Assembly: GCF_024521635.1 (NCBI RefSeq)
Contig: NW_026250435.1
Location: 124,001 to 188,000, forward strand
Source of the DNA: Tricharina praecox
Taxonomy: Eukaryota
Reading direction: 5' to 3'
DNA length: 64,000 nucleotides
Shown here: positions 48,154 to 61,100 of the stretch, in pieces
Numbering within the stretch: the first letter of the stretch is position 1
How the letters are laid out: every line of letters starts with the position of its first letter
Notes under the pieces: model-generated
Databases searched by the model: none
What the model saw: only the letters and a program-made list of their open reading frames with translations
What the model was told of the DNA's origin: nothing
Made by a program: the position numbers and the translations under genes

Positions 48154-50093
48154 ATGAGAGTTCTCCAGTTTTCGGCCCTGGTGGTGGTGGCCCTCCTGGC
48201 ATTCGCAAAGTCCCATGGCACCATAGGAATTCCGAAGCCCGAGCATATCGAACAAAACCCCGCTGCAATTGTGGAAACGCCTCCGGTAGTCCCATTGCCA
48301 GTGCCTTATGCGGGGAGCTTTTCTGTAAGCGCTGAACCATTCCAAACTTCCTATTTGCCTACAAAATGCTGATGAATGAACTGCGACAGCTGCCAATTGA
48401 TCACAGCGGAAGTCACCCCGGCAATTTCTCAAATCGTTACTGGGTTCAGGATCACTACTACAAGCCCGGAGGACCTATCTTCGGTAAATTGAATGCATAT
48501 CTAGAGACTAGGGATCGTGGAGACAAAGACTGATACGTCGATGTGATAGTCTATGATCCAGCCGAAGCGGATGGAGCGTGGTTTCTCGCCCACTTGGCGG
48601 AGCGCAGAACTTTCTTCAACAAGTATCTTGAGGAGTTTTCCGGAATGGGGATTATCTGGGAGCATCGGTAAGTCTTCAAGCGTTCCGTGGACTGAGATAC
48701 CACCTCGTTGGGATGTTTTCTAAACACTAGCAGGTACTACGGCGAGAGCTCACCATTCCCAATCAATCTCGATACCACCGCCGAGCAAATGCAGTACTTG
48801 ACCAACGAAAATTCTCTGAAGGATTTTGTCGTGTTTGCCAACCAGTTTCAATGGAAGAGTTTAGGCGTCTCGCCGAAGCAGGTGCCGTGGATTGTTATTG
48901 GCTCGAGCTACGGTGGAACTCGGGCGGCTACCCTGCGAGAGCTGTATCCGGAGACAGTATTTGCTGCTTACGCTTCTTCGGCTATAGTCCAGCATCAGAA
49001 GGACATGTCCGTCTGTAAGTCGCAGCCCCCCTTAGGTACAATTTGTTGAGATGCTCACCTCGGATTTTGCAGACTACGAACAGGTCTACCGAGGAATGGT
49101 CCACTACGGCCTCAAGAACTGCACATCCTACATCAAGAAGGCAGTTGACTACGTCGACATCCAACTCTCCCATCCCACCACTGCCGCCGGCATCAAGCGC
49201 CAATATCTAGGCCGCACGGTCGAAGAAAACAGCAATGCCGGCTTCGCCGTGACCTTTGCGGCGCCTTACCAGATGTTCCAAGTGGACGGCGTGGACGAGG
49301 TTCTACGTCAATTCTGCAACTACATGGACGCCGTGAAGCCGCCGAGGGAAGAGAGCAAGCAGGGAGCATTCTATTCCGACCGGTGGGCTGCTTGGCCGCT
49401 GCATGCCGAGCTCGTGAGCAGGTACAACGGGGACGGCAAGAATTACTGCGAAGGCCCTGTGCGCAATGATTATAAAACGCCGAATTGCCGTCTCGATGGC
49501 CGCACCTCGCATCCAACCATGATATCTTGGACATGGCAGTACGTACCCGACACACATACACACACAACGCATTCCTAAGCATCCGCTAACCCAAGCACTT
49601 TAGGTCTTGCACAGAGTTCGGCTTCTTCCATCCCACCAATGTTGGGCCGCACGCCCTCAGCTCCCGCTACAACTCACTGCAATACCACCAAGACAACTGC
49701 TACCGACAGTTCCCAGACGGCCGCAGCTCCGGACTCCTACCAGCCGAGCCGCAGACGGAGAAGCTCAACGCTGTCACAGGGGGCTGGAACATGCGGCCGA
49801 GCCGAGTCTTCTGGACCGCCGGACAGTGGGATCCCTGGACAGCACTATCCATTTTCTCTAGCGAGCCGGGGGCACCATCGATACGAGTCACGGACCGGCC
49901 GTCGCGGGAGTGCAATCGGCGGGAGAGTGGGAGGAACCAAGAGGTGTTCGGATACCTCTTGCCGAACTCGGAGCACTCGTACGACTTCTATACGGGCGAA
50001 AAGCGGGCGAAGAAGCCGAACGCAATGTTTGCTGCCGCGTTGAGACAGTGGTTGAAGTGTTTCCGGGCAGGATCTATGTCGGATGGAAACTAA
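48154..50093 (+). CDS. Secreted serine peptidase, family S28
   Basis: Signal peptide MRVLQFSALVVVALL; LPIDH, NRYWV, GGPIF, WEHRYYGES, WIVIGSSYGG (nucleophile), SWTWQ, WDPW, late His (EHSYDF); ~5 introns. Confidence 0.9.
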
Positions 50094-50699
50094 GATGCGT
50101 GGAATTGAAGGCTATGTATTGTACACCTGATGCGGGGGGTTTTCTTCATAGCTTTTCTTTTGCATAAGTACGAATAATCAGAGTTGTATTTGGAATTATG
50201 TACTTGGTTTTTGAATTTCGTGTAGCTATATCCAAGTGCCCAAACCATAGAGAGTAGTAGGCTAGCTCAACGAAAGATAGTGGATTTCCGTCTCTTTATT
50301 TATATCAAGTGGCGCTGACTCCTCAGCCCATCGCTTACAAGACCAAGTTCCTGCATTGCAGTTTGGGAGTCGGTATGCAGGGACCGAACCCCCGCCACCC
50401 CTCCCACCGGGAGTGGGGACGCTAGAATGCGGGGAAATCAGGCAGACGGCGACAGGTCGAACATCGGATCTTTCTTCTGTACAGATGTACATAAAATCAG
50501 AAGTCGGAATCGATAGGGAATCCATTAGTGCCGGCGGCAGTCGACTCATACCGTCATACGGGTGTCCGGGCAGTTGATGACCAAGGCTCTCGATCCTACA
50601 TACGCCAACACTCTTCACCGGGGCCCGGCACACCCATAAAGACCATGGCCCTCCCCCGGGCAAAGAGAGTTCCATTTCGTACCGAATACTCAACTCATC

Positions 50700-52137
50700 A
50701 TGGCGCCCAGAAAAATCATCATCGATACTGACCCTGGGTAGCCCTCACCCCCAGCCCAACAATGAAAAATCCATGATGCTAACCGGCTGCCAGCTGCGAC
50801 GACATACTTTCGCTCCTTCTTGCGCTCTCCGCCGACCCCGAAGAACTCGAGATTCTTCTGATATCTGTTTGTTTTGGCAATGTCGACGTGGAGTGGTATG
50901 TACATACGACTCCCTTCGCCCGGGAATATATAGAGCTTGGCTAACGGAAAGACCCAGCTGTCTTCGTAACGTCGTAGCGCTGTTCCATGTGCTGGATCTG
51001 GAGCGGAAGTGGAGAATTGACAATGGACGTCCTGCTGGATTCGGGGCGCTGGGGGCATGTTGTCCTGTTGTCGCCGTGGGAGCTACGGAACCCCTTGAGG
51101 GCACTGTGTTGGAATACGATTACTTCCGTAACTACCTGCTCACATTACTATCCAGTCGCTCTGCACGAGTGCTCGCTGACATATGTGCAGACGGAATGGA
51201 CGGGTTACAAGGTGTCCACGAAACTGCACCCCACCTCAGTCCAAAGGAGATGTGGTCGCATCTGTTCACCTCCACGGAGCACGGCGAAGCAATCCCAGAG
51301 CTGCCACCGAACTTCACGCCCTCATCCCAGCCCGCGCACAAAGAGATCCTCTCGATCCTACGCGCACATCCGGCCGATACCATCACCATCGTCGCCACGG
51401 GGCCGTTGAGTAACCTCGCGCTTGCGGCCGCCGAAGACCCAGAAACCTTCCTGAAGGCCAAGGAAGTAGTAGTAATGGGCGGAACGCTCGAGATCGAAGG
51501 CAACGTGACCCCGGCCGCCGAGTTCAACCAATACGCGTGCCCGGTCTCCGCCGCCCGGATCTACGCACTGACCTCACCGCGGCCATCCTCCACGATGCCG
51601 AAATGCATCGATCTCCCCGCGTACCCGGAGGTGCTCTCGCGGAAACTGAACCTGACCATGCTGCCGCTGGATATCACGACGTTCCACCTACTATCGTTCG
51701 ATGCGTTCCACGCCGCAACCAAGGATTGCGTGCTAGAAGGATCGCCGCTCGCGGAGTGGGTCGGCACGTTCCTGGGCGCGACGTTTAAACACATGCAAAC
51801 GCTGTTTGCGGAGACGAGGCCGCAGGACGTGCACCTCTCCCTGCATGATCCGATGACGATTTGGTATGTGCTCACCAGGGAGATGCAGCCTGACGGCTGG
51901 GTGATACGCGAGGACGTCGATGTCAGGGTGGAGACGCAGGGACATTGGACGAGGGGTATGTCCGTCGTGGATAGGCGCCGCTGGAAGGCGGAGGAGGATC
52001 TGAGCTTGCCGGTTAGGAAGCATGATAGAGGCGTGTGGTTGCATAAGGGCCATGGAAATAGGGTTAGGGTGGCGATGGATAGTCGGTGGAAGGGGGAAAT
52101 CCTGGGCGAGGAGATGATGAGGAGGATTTTTGGTTGA
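50700..52137 (+). CDS. Inosine/uridine-preferring nucleoside hydrolase family protein
   Basis: IIIDTDPG|CDD (DxDxxxDD across an intron), FGNVDV, TGPLSNLA, VMGG, GNVTPAAEFN, PLDIT, LHDP; 3 introns in the 5' part. Confidence 0.92.
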
Positions 52138-52812
52138 ATATGGGGTCTGTGCCGTCTTGGGAAGCCGCTGGGGGTTGATGCCGATGGTGGTGTTTTCGGA
52201 GGTGTTTTCGACAGAAGGGACAGCCTGTGGAGGAGTATTTGTGGATAATCACATCTTTATCTTCATTAACTCCTTTTTCACATACGATATATCACTCGTG
52301 CAAAACACCCTTCGTCATTCGGTGAAACCTATCGAATGTCTCCTGGCGCCACATCGTGCTGGCTGGTAACGGGGTCCTAACCCCCGGCCGGCCAGAGTGG
52401 GCAGGAAAGGAGTGTGACGGTTCGCCATAGTCTAGATAGGCTGGATGCGAAATAAAAGAGGAAGATCTCTCTCTCTCCCTCAAATGTCTCCTCACCTCCC
52501 CCAGAACTCAGAATCTGTTCGCAGTTCATGCAATGAAGACGATGGAAGAAGGAGAGCCACACCTGGGCAGAAATCTCACAACGGTCTTTCCTAATGTGCG
52601 GCACACTCGAGGACCGTGGCATGCTTCGAACAACGGGGGAACAATTCCAGGCAGACAACTCGGAAGATTTCAGTTTCTCTCTAAAAGCAACTGGTAACCT
52701 AATTGAAGGCCGATTGAATTTAACGGGTATCGACAAGTCCGGTCATCATATTACCGACATGAGATATGACCCATTACCCAGCGTGGCTTGACTATTCCCC
52801 AATTCTTTCCGC

Positions 52813-54713
52813 CTATTCTGCGGCTACCGACACAGTCCCCAGATCCCTCGCACCCTTACCAATCTTAGCGTCCGAGTCATTCTCAATCAAGCGCGCAACC
52901 TCCCACAACCTCTCTTCATCGCCCCACTGACACATAACCTGCATACCGACCATACCACCCTCACCATCGTTCTCTTCGTTCGCCTCCTCACCGACAGGAA
53001 CACTGATGCACGGGATTCCCGCGAGACTTGCCGGCACGGTCAACACATCATTAGCATACGCCTCCACGGGCCGCTGATTCTCAATATCCGCGAGTTTTGG
53101 TGCGACTCCAAGAGCGGCGGGGGCAATGATGGCATCTACGCCGTCCGGAGTCTCCTGGGTGTCTGCAGCCTGCACCAGAAAGTTGGGCTGCGCAAAAACC
53201 TTGTCGAAGTCCCGCTGAACTAGTCGGCGCACACGCTGCGCCTTGAGAAAGTAGTTTCCGATTGCCTCGGAGGAGAGCGTATACGCGCCCAGGAGAATTC
53301 TGCGTCTTACCTCTGGACCGAATCCCTCCGCACGGGTAGGCGCAAAGAGGATGTTGTCTTCCTCTGAGCGATCGGCGGAGGAACGGTGGCCATAGCGCAA
53401 GCCGTCGTAGCGTGCGAGATTGGAGGAGGCCTCGGCAGGCGCGAGAATGTAGTATGCTGCGAGGGCGGCGCGGGTGTTGGGGAGTGATACGGGCACAATT
53501 TCGGCGCCACGCAGGGCAAGGAGACGAAGTGTCTTCTCCCATGACCGCCGAACGAGCGGAGAGAGCTCTGCCACATTGTATTCCGCCGGGACTCCGATGC
53601 GCAAGCAGCGCCGGACCCGGGCTTTCTCGTGGAGAGCGCCGAGGCTCTTGCCGACGCGCTCGCGGGTGTCTACGGTGGCACTGGTGGGATCGTTAGGGTC
53701 GTATGCGTTTAGAAGTTCTGGGCGGTGTCAGCCGGTGCTGGGAAGTATGAGAGCGAGAACATACTGAAGACGATCTTCGCGTCCAGCGTGTTTCGAGCCA
53801 GTATGCTAACGGTGTCAAGCGAGTTTGCATATGCAACCACACCCCATCGCGAGAGGAGACCGTATGAAGGCTTAAAACCTACAACGCCGCAGTAAGAGGC
53901 AGGCAATCGGACAGAGCCCCCCGTGTCGGTTCCTAGAGCGCTGGAAGATATCAACGGCTGCCCACATGAGTATCCGACGACAGTTTGGGAACACAAACAC
54001 ATGACACATCCCCGCGGCAACGGCAGCTGCACTACCACCAGAACTCCCGCCAGCTGAGCGCGGCTCGCGCCACGGGTATCGCGGCCTCTGAACGGCACCA
54101 TGAATCGAAAAGGTTGAGTGTGATCTGCAACGCCCACCCGTCAACAAATATCTCCACCCCACGGAGACAGAATCCACAAACCCCATGCCAAACTCATCCA
54201 TGTTGGTCTTTCCCATGATGGTACAGCCAGCACTCCTTAGCCGTGCCACCACAGTCGCATCAAAGGGCGAAACATACTCTGATCTCCCCTCAGCTCAGCT
54301 TCTGCGCCGCGAAAATCCGCATGATGGATGGCATTGGTTGTTGGACGGAGGAAGTCGAAACGAACCTCGGAGCATCTCGCTGCCGCAGCTGGTTGGAAGG
54401 TCCGTCGTCACGATATTGTCTTTAATCGCGACTAGCCGGCCGTCCAGTTCGGAGAGTTTGCCCACCCCGCCATCTACCGCTCGTTTTTCAGCGTTCACGG
54501 ACGCGGCCAGTATTTTTTCGGCAGGATGTAGGGCGGTGAAGATGTTGAGGTGTTTGTTGGCATCCACAACTGTGAGCGCCGCCTGCGCTGCATTGGTGAT
54601 ACCCAGCGGGAAGGAGTAGGAGTTCAGTATTCGCATTTCGAAGGCGTGGGGTTTCTTGGCGGAGATTTCCGTGTCTGACAGTGAAGCAAATTCGAGGTCT
54701 CGGATAACGTCAT
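52813..54713 (-). CDS. HER2: Mitochondrial glutamyl-tRNA(Gln) amidotransferase subunit A (amidase family)
   Basis: [77 protein letters not shown]. Several introns; start codon is tentative. Confidence 0.9.
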
Positions 54714-55073
54714 GGGCCAGTTACCCGTCGACCGGGACTGAGATTGGCAGCTTGCAGTGCACGTCATGTGGTTCGGCTACTTGTCAGCAGCTCGTTGTCG
54801 TACTCGGGTGTAAGGGTAAGTGCTGCCTCACCAGGTTTTCCCCCATACAACTTAGCGCTGTTTCCCTATACCACTTAGTCACATCCACTCACTCATTTCA
54901 TTGTATGCGGCTTAGTGCGCTCCATTATAGACTAGTGCTTATAATTCGTAATGGTGGTGAGGCACACTTATTGGCAGCTCCTGGTACATACCGTACATAC
55001 CGCAAGTCTTCAATTGAGTGATTGTGGCCACCGTGAATCGTGATTCAGTCCTGCATCACAACTTTACATCACA

Positions 55074-55708
55074 ATGTCGAGCCCAAAGACTCTCAATCTC
55101 GTCCGCTCGGTTCGGAAGCGACACCCTCTCCTTATCCTTACCCACAATTGCTAACAACAATCCACAGGTATGGAAATCTTTCCTTGAATCCAGCGGTCTT
55201 GAACCTCGGTATCACCCCCCGCTTCTACGGCCAGTCGCCGCCGACTTCCGCCACGCCTAACACTTCGCACAGCCTCCTACACAACCTCACGATCACGGCT
55301 GCCACTCCCGGTCGCGTAAAGCTCTCACTCCCGATAGAGAAGCATCACACGAACCGACTCAGCATCCTACACGGTGGCACGATCGCGTCCATGGTGGATC
55401 TGGGTGGATCACTTGCCGTCGCGTCGCGCGGATTATATTCCACTGGTGTTTCGACGGATCTTAATGTTACCTATCTGTCGTCTGGCGGGGTGATCGGCGA
55501 TGTCATCAGTGCTGAGGTGCAGTGCGATAAGTTTGGAAAGACCCTAGCGTATACCAGTATTGTCTTTAAAAATGAAAAGGGCGATACTTTCGCACGTGGA
55601 AGCCATACGAAGTACGTTATGCAGGCTTGGAAGGACGAGAAGAATATCGTGGAAGAGATTAAAGAGGAGGCAAAGGCGTTGGAGGGGAAAAGTGAAGCTC
55701 AGGTTTAG
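55074..55708 (+). CDS. Hotdog-fold acyl-CoA thioesterase (ACOT13/PaaI-like)
   Basis: HTNRLSILHGGTIASMVDLGGSLA, GVSTDLNVTYL, ARGSHTKY. Two 5' introns after MSSPKTLNLVRS and SGLEPR. Confidence 0.9.
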
Positions 55709-56255
55709 AGGAGGAGAAGGAGGATGTATAAACTGTGTAGACGGATGGGTTCGGATAGATACCAATTTAGGGAGGCGTCATCCTTTAACGATACATTTCA
55801 CCTATCGCGGTGTAAGGTGGGACTACTCGGCTCTTCGGCGTTGATCTCAGGTGAATAAGGGATGCGTATGAGGGACTTGAATGATCTCCATCCTCATTAC
55901 CTTCATCATCAACAGTATCCCTCACGATACATATGTCGGCTCTTCGCACCATAAATCGCGCGCAAGATGGTGGGGAAATGACGACACGGCATGGCTTCGG
56001 GACGGAATTAAGGTGGGGCACTTCGTTAGCCCCACTATGTACCAACCCCAATGCTGCATACCCGGATCTCCTGGACGGAACATCCTGTGTGTACTCTACC
56101 GTACATAGAGGAAGATCGAAGAGTCTTGGATTCATAATCAACATCACCATCTCCGCCATCGACTAGCTATTTAAACCTCTTGCGCTTCCGCTGTCATAGA
56201 ACTCTAGTAACCTGCCACCCTATCTAGAAACACCTTCCATCCAACTACATACAAC

Positions 56256-57633
56256 ATGACTCGCGTTTTGCTCACCGGTGAGAACTGGCCGAAGCTTGAC
56301 GGTTGATTCCTTACTGATAATAGATGAATGAACAGGTGCCTCCGGCTTCATCGCTAGTTCGTGATCCAATTACCCCGCAGTGGCCCGAGGAGCCCCACTA
56401 ATCAATGACCCGACACAGCCCACATCCTTGACATACTTCTGGCACACGGGTCGGTAACCATTTTCTCGGAGTCTCGAGAGAACACGAGCTAACCCGTCAT
56501 CTGAACAGACACTCTGTCCGTCTCACCGTCCGTAGCGCCGACAAGGCTGAAAAGCTCATTGCCGCGCACCCCGAGCACAAAGACCAGATCGACTATGTAA
56601 TTGTCAAGGACATCGCCGAGGCTGGTGCATTCGACGAGGCGGTAAAGAGCGACCCTCCCTTCGAGGTTGTGCTTCAGTACGTTTGTCCCTTAACCGTGTG
56701 CGAAAGGCGGCGGTGTTGACTTGATTCGTGGGCAGTACCGCATCGCCTTTCCACTTCAACGTCAAGGACACGAAGAAGGATCTTCTGGACCCGGCTATCA
56801 ACGGAACCACCGGTATCCTCAAGGCGATCAAGAAGTATGCGCCCACTGTCAAGCACGTGGTTGTGACTTCTAGCTTCGCATCTATCATCCACCCTAAAGA
56901 GGGTAAATGGCCTGGAAAGGTGTACAGCGAAGCCGACTGGAATCCGACTACAATCGAGGAGGCGGATAGTGATCCTACCACTGGATACCGTGCATCAAAG
57001 ACTCTGGCCGAGAAGGCTGCGTGGAAGTTCCTTGAGGAAGAAAAGCCCAACTTCACGCTATCGACGATCAACCCTCCGCTAGTAGGTTTACCTTGAGAAT
57101 CTAATACCGATAGGCTCGGTATTAATCGACGCAGGTTTTCGGTCCAGTGAAGCCATACATGCAAGCTTTAGAATCGATTAACACGTCAAATGAGCGCTTC
57201 TGCAACTTTTTGAACGGAAAGAACAAGGAGAAGCTGCCGGCCAACAGTGGTTTCGTCTGGGTTGACGTTCGGGACGTTGCCGCGGCACATGTAGCTGCGT
57301 TCGAGAAGCCTGAGGCTGCTGGAAAGCGCTTCTTCGTTGTCGAGGGAAGCAACTGTAAGTTTCTCCATATTATGCCTTACATCTACCAAAGCATAGCTAA
57401 CTGGCGGCACAGTCTCCAACCAGCAAACTGCCGATATCATCCTCAAGCACTTCCCCGAATACAAGGATAAGCTGCCGGCGACGAGGGAGGAGAACGACGG
57501 CTTCGATTACCTTGAGGGAGGCTTGTACACCGTCGATAACTCGAGGAGTAAGGAGGTGCTCGGGCTCAAGTACCACTCATTCGAGGACTGTGTAGTGAAC
57601 ACCGTCAAAAGTCTCAAGGAGCTGGGGTTGTAA
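56256..57633 (+). CDS. NADPH-dependent aldehyde/ketoreductase (GRE2-like extended SDR)
   Basis: VLLTG|ASGFIA rebuilt from micro-exons of 22, 21 and 31 nt; TASPF, PAINGT, VVTSSFAS, YRASKTLAEKAAW, WVDVRDVA; TAA at 57631-57633. Confidence 0.9.
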
Positions 57634-58122
57634 ATCATGTTGCCGTAGAGGAATCGAACACACATGTAGTAGAATAGATATAGCTACTAGATAGTTCAGG
57701 CGAACGATTTGATTTCACCTTCTGTTATCGCAGCTTGAGAAGAGTACCTTGCAACCAAATATACACGATCCTCCGGATGAGTAAATTTGTTTCTTGTATC
57801 GCCGTGGGCCCGTAGTACAGGCTCCTCCACTTGGCGCTAGTACTGGGACCCCGAGTGATGGGTGCCAAGGCAGGTGCCTAAAGCGGGAGTCGGTCGCCCA
57901 ATCGACGCTAGTGGAATCACACGCCGTTTAGCATTCACGCGACGACACACAACGAAGCTTCCTCAACACCTTCATTCGAATAAGCACCTAAGCCACTGTC
58001 AACCTGCCTCCCGAGCCAGAAGCATCACCGAACTCAATCGCGTTGCCGTATCACAACCCTTGGTACCTGGCACTCAACCAACCCCCTCATAGAGATCCAC
58101 CACCCCAGACCCCCGGCCGGTT

Positions 58123-61100
58123 ATGGCCGCTCAACTAGAGAGGATATTCATCGATATCCGGAGCAAGTACGTCGTCTTCCTCGCCACCAAACACTTGCGG
58201 AAATCACTGGGAATGTCTGTTTAAGATAGAGACTGATGCTTCTCACTCTGGACTAGGCATGAAGATGTGCGGCAGAAGGCTGTGAACGACCTTAAAGTTC
58301 ACCTAGAAATCTCATCGAGAGGTCACCTCCACCGCCATCCCTCCAGCCTTCGCCTGGAAATACTGATAATCGACGGTGAGCACAGAACTACCGCCGGAAC
58401 GACTGTCATACTACTATGCGGAGGTCAACCGCAAGGTCTCCGAATTCATACACAGCAATGACAGCGCAGACAAGATCGGCGGCATCCTCTCACTGGGGGT
58501 TCTTATCGACGTTGATCACGATGATAGTACCCAAAAGACGACAAGATATGCGAATTACCTGCGATCGATCATGCGCGGGAACGATAACCACTGTATGGTA
58601 CTGGCGGCGAAGACTCTGGGCCAGCTCGCGGCACCCGGAGGGACCTTGACGTCCGAACTGGTGGAGAGTGAGATGAAGCAAGCACTAGAATGGCTACAGA
58701 TCGACAGACAGGAGAATCGACGGTTCGCGTCGGTGTTGTTACTCCGGGAGCTTGCGCGGAGCTCGCCCACTCTCATATACGGCTTCATCCCACAAATTCT
58801 GGAGCTCATCTGGGTCGCGGTCAGAGACCCCAAGGTTCTGATCCGAGAAACGGCAGCGGAAGCACTCGCTTCTTGCTTGACGATCATGAAGTTTCGCGAC
58901 CAAAAGAATAGGGACACTTGGTACTTGAAAATTCTGGAAGAGGCTCGGTCAGGACTCAGGATGGGTAGTACGGACGGCATCCACGGAAGCTTGTTGATAT
59001 ACTTGCAGCTGCTGGACTCGGCGGGGATGTTTATGTATGACAGCTACCGGGATTCATGCGACGTCGTTCTCCGGCTTAAGGATCACCGCGACCCGGGAAT
59101 CCGCCGACTGACAATCAAGATGATTCCCTCGCTCGCGAAATACAGTCCTTCCGATTTCGTCAGCAGCTACCTTCACAAGTTCATGATGCATCTGCAGGCA
59201 CAACTGAAGAAGAAGGACCCGGAGGAGCGGGGCGCTGCATACAAGGCTATTGGGGACGTCGCGTTGGCCGTTGGGAGCAACATGGGGCCGTATCTTGATG
59301 CTATATTGGCGAGTATCAAGGAGGGACTGTCTATCAAGGGCCGAAACCGGGCTCAACGAGCGGAACAGGAGGCTCCGATATTCGAGTGTATCAGTATGCT
59401 CGCTACAGCTGTTGGACAGGCCCTCACAAAGTACATGCATGAGCTGCTTGATCTCATCTTCGCCTGTGGATTGAGCGTCAAGCTCACTCAAGCACTCGTT
59501 GATCTCTCACATTACATCCCCCCGCTGTTACCCACCATCCAGGAGAGGTTGCTCAACATGATTAGTATTGTGCTGAGCGGGCGACCTTTCAAGCCGCTGG
59601 GAAGTCCAGCTAACCCACAACTCGCGGCGCCAGTGTTGACGAGACAGCATAAGGATGGTGTATCGCCCGAAGAGAGAGATGCAGAGATTACATTGGCGCT
59701 GCACACGTTGGGCAGCTTTGATTTCACGAGTATGTTCCAATTGAAACAAATATCAATTATTCGGTGACCGTGTCTGATTTTGTGTTCCAGATCACGTGTT
59801 GAATGAATTTGTCCGAGATGTCGCTATGAAATATGTCGAAGATGACCACACCGAAGTCCGAAAGGCTGCAGCCTTGACATGTTGTCAACTTTTCGTTCGG
59901 GATCCCATCTGTTACCAAACCAGCAACCATGCAATTCAAGTCGTTGGGGAGGTGATGGAGAAGCTATTGACTGTCGCGATTGCCGACCCAGGTACAATCC
60001 ATAGTTCTCAGCTGCAATTTCCAAGCTGACTCTTTCGGTAGACCCGGAAATCCGCAAGATTGTGCTTCTCTCACTCGATGCCCGTTTCGACCGCCACCTG
60101 GCTAAAGCTGAGAACGTCCGGTCGCTGTTCTTGGCTCTGAATGACGAGGTTTTTGCGATCCGAGAGGCAGCAATTACCATTATCGGGCGCCTTACGCTGC
60201 ATAACCCTGCCTATGTTATGCCGTCGCTGCGAAAGACGTTGATCCAGCTGTTGACTGAGCTCGAGTATTCGAATGTCTCTCGCAACAAAGAAGAGAGCGC
60301 CAAGCTACTCAGCCATCTTGTTGCGGCATCGCAGAAGCTCATTCAGCCCTACGTGGAACCCATGGTCACGGTTTTGCTTCCGAAAGCCAGGGATCCCAGT
60401 GCTGGTGTTGCGTCGAGCATCATGACCGCTCTCGGAGAGCTTGCTACTGTCGGGGGCGAGAGCATGATCCCATACATTCCCGAATTGATGCCGCTTATCA
60501 TCGAGACGCTACAAGATCAGAGTTCGCCGGCGAAACGGGATGCTGCCCTGAGGACGCTTGGGCAATTGGCGAGTAATTCCGGATATGTTATCGAACCGTA
60601 CCTTGAGTACCCCCAGCTGCTCACTATTCTGGTCAACATCGTCAAGACGGAGCAAAATACGACTCTGAGGAAGGAGACAATCAAGTTGATGGGTATCTTG
60701 GGTGCATTGGATCCTTACAAGCACCAAACAGTCGAAAACAGCACAGATGCGCACCTGTCGGAGCAGGCTCACTCAGTTACCGATGTTTCACTGATCATGA
60801 ACGGCCTGACTCCTTCTAGCGAGGAGTACTATCCTACCGTCGTCATCAACTCCCTCATGAATATGGTCAAGGATCCGTCGCTTGGTCAGCATCACTCGTC
60901 GGTCATCGAGGCAATCATGAACATCTTCAAAACTCTTGGTTTGAAATGTGTCACCTTCCTGCCACAGATCATTCCCGGTTTCATCGCGGTTACTCGGAGC
61001 TGCCCCCCCAGAATGCTTGACCAATACTTCAATAACCTCAGCCTGTTGGTATCGATCGTGAAGCAACATATCCGAAATTTTCTTCCCGAAATCCTTCAGC

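Noticed and set aside
4929..54713. Functional cluster of tRNA-related loci (MSS1, tRNA-Glu, GatA)
   Set aside because: They are tens of kb apart with unrelated genes between. The intron-containing tRNA is nuclear/cytosolic type, whereas the enzymes are mitochondrial.
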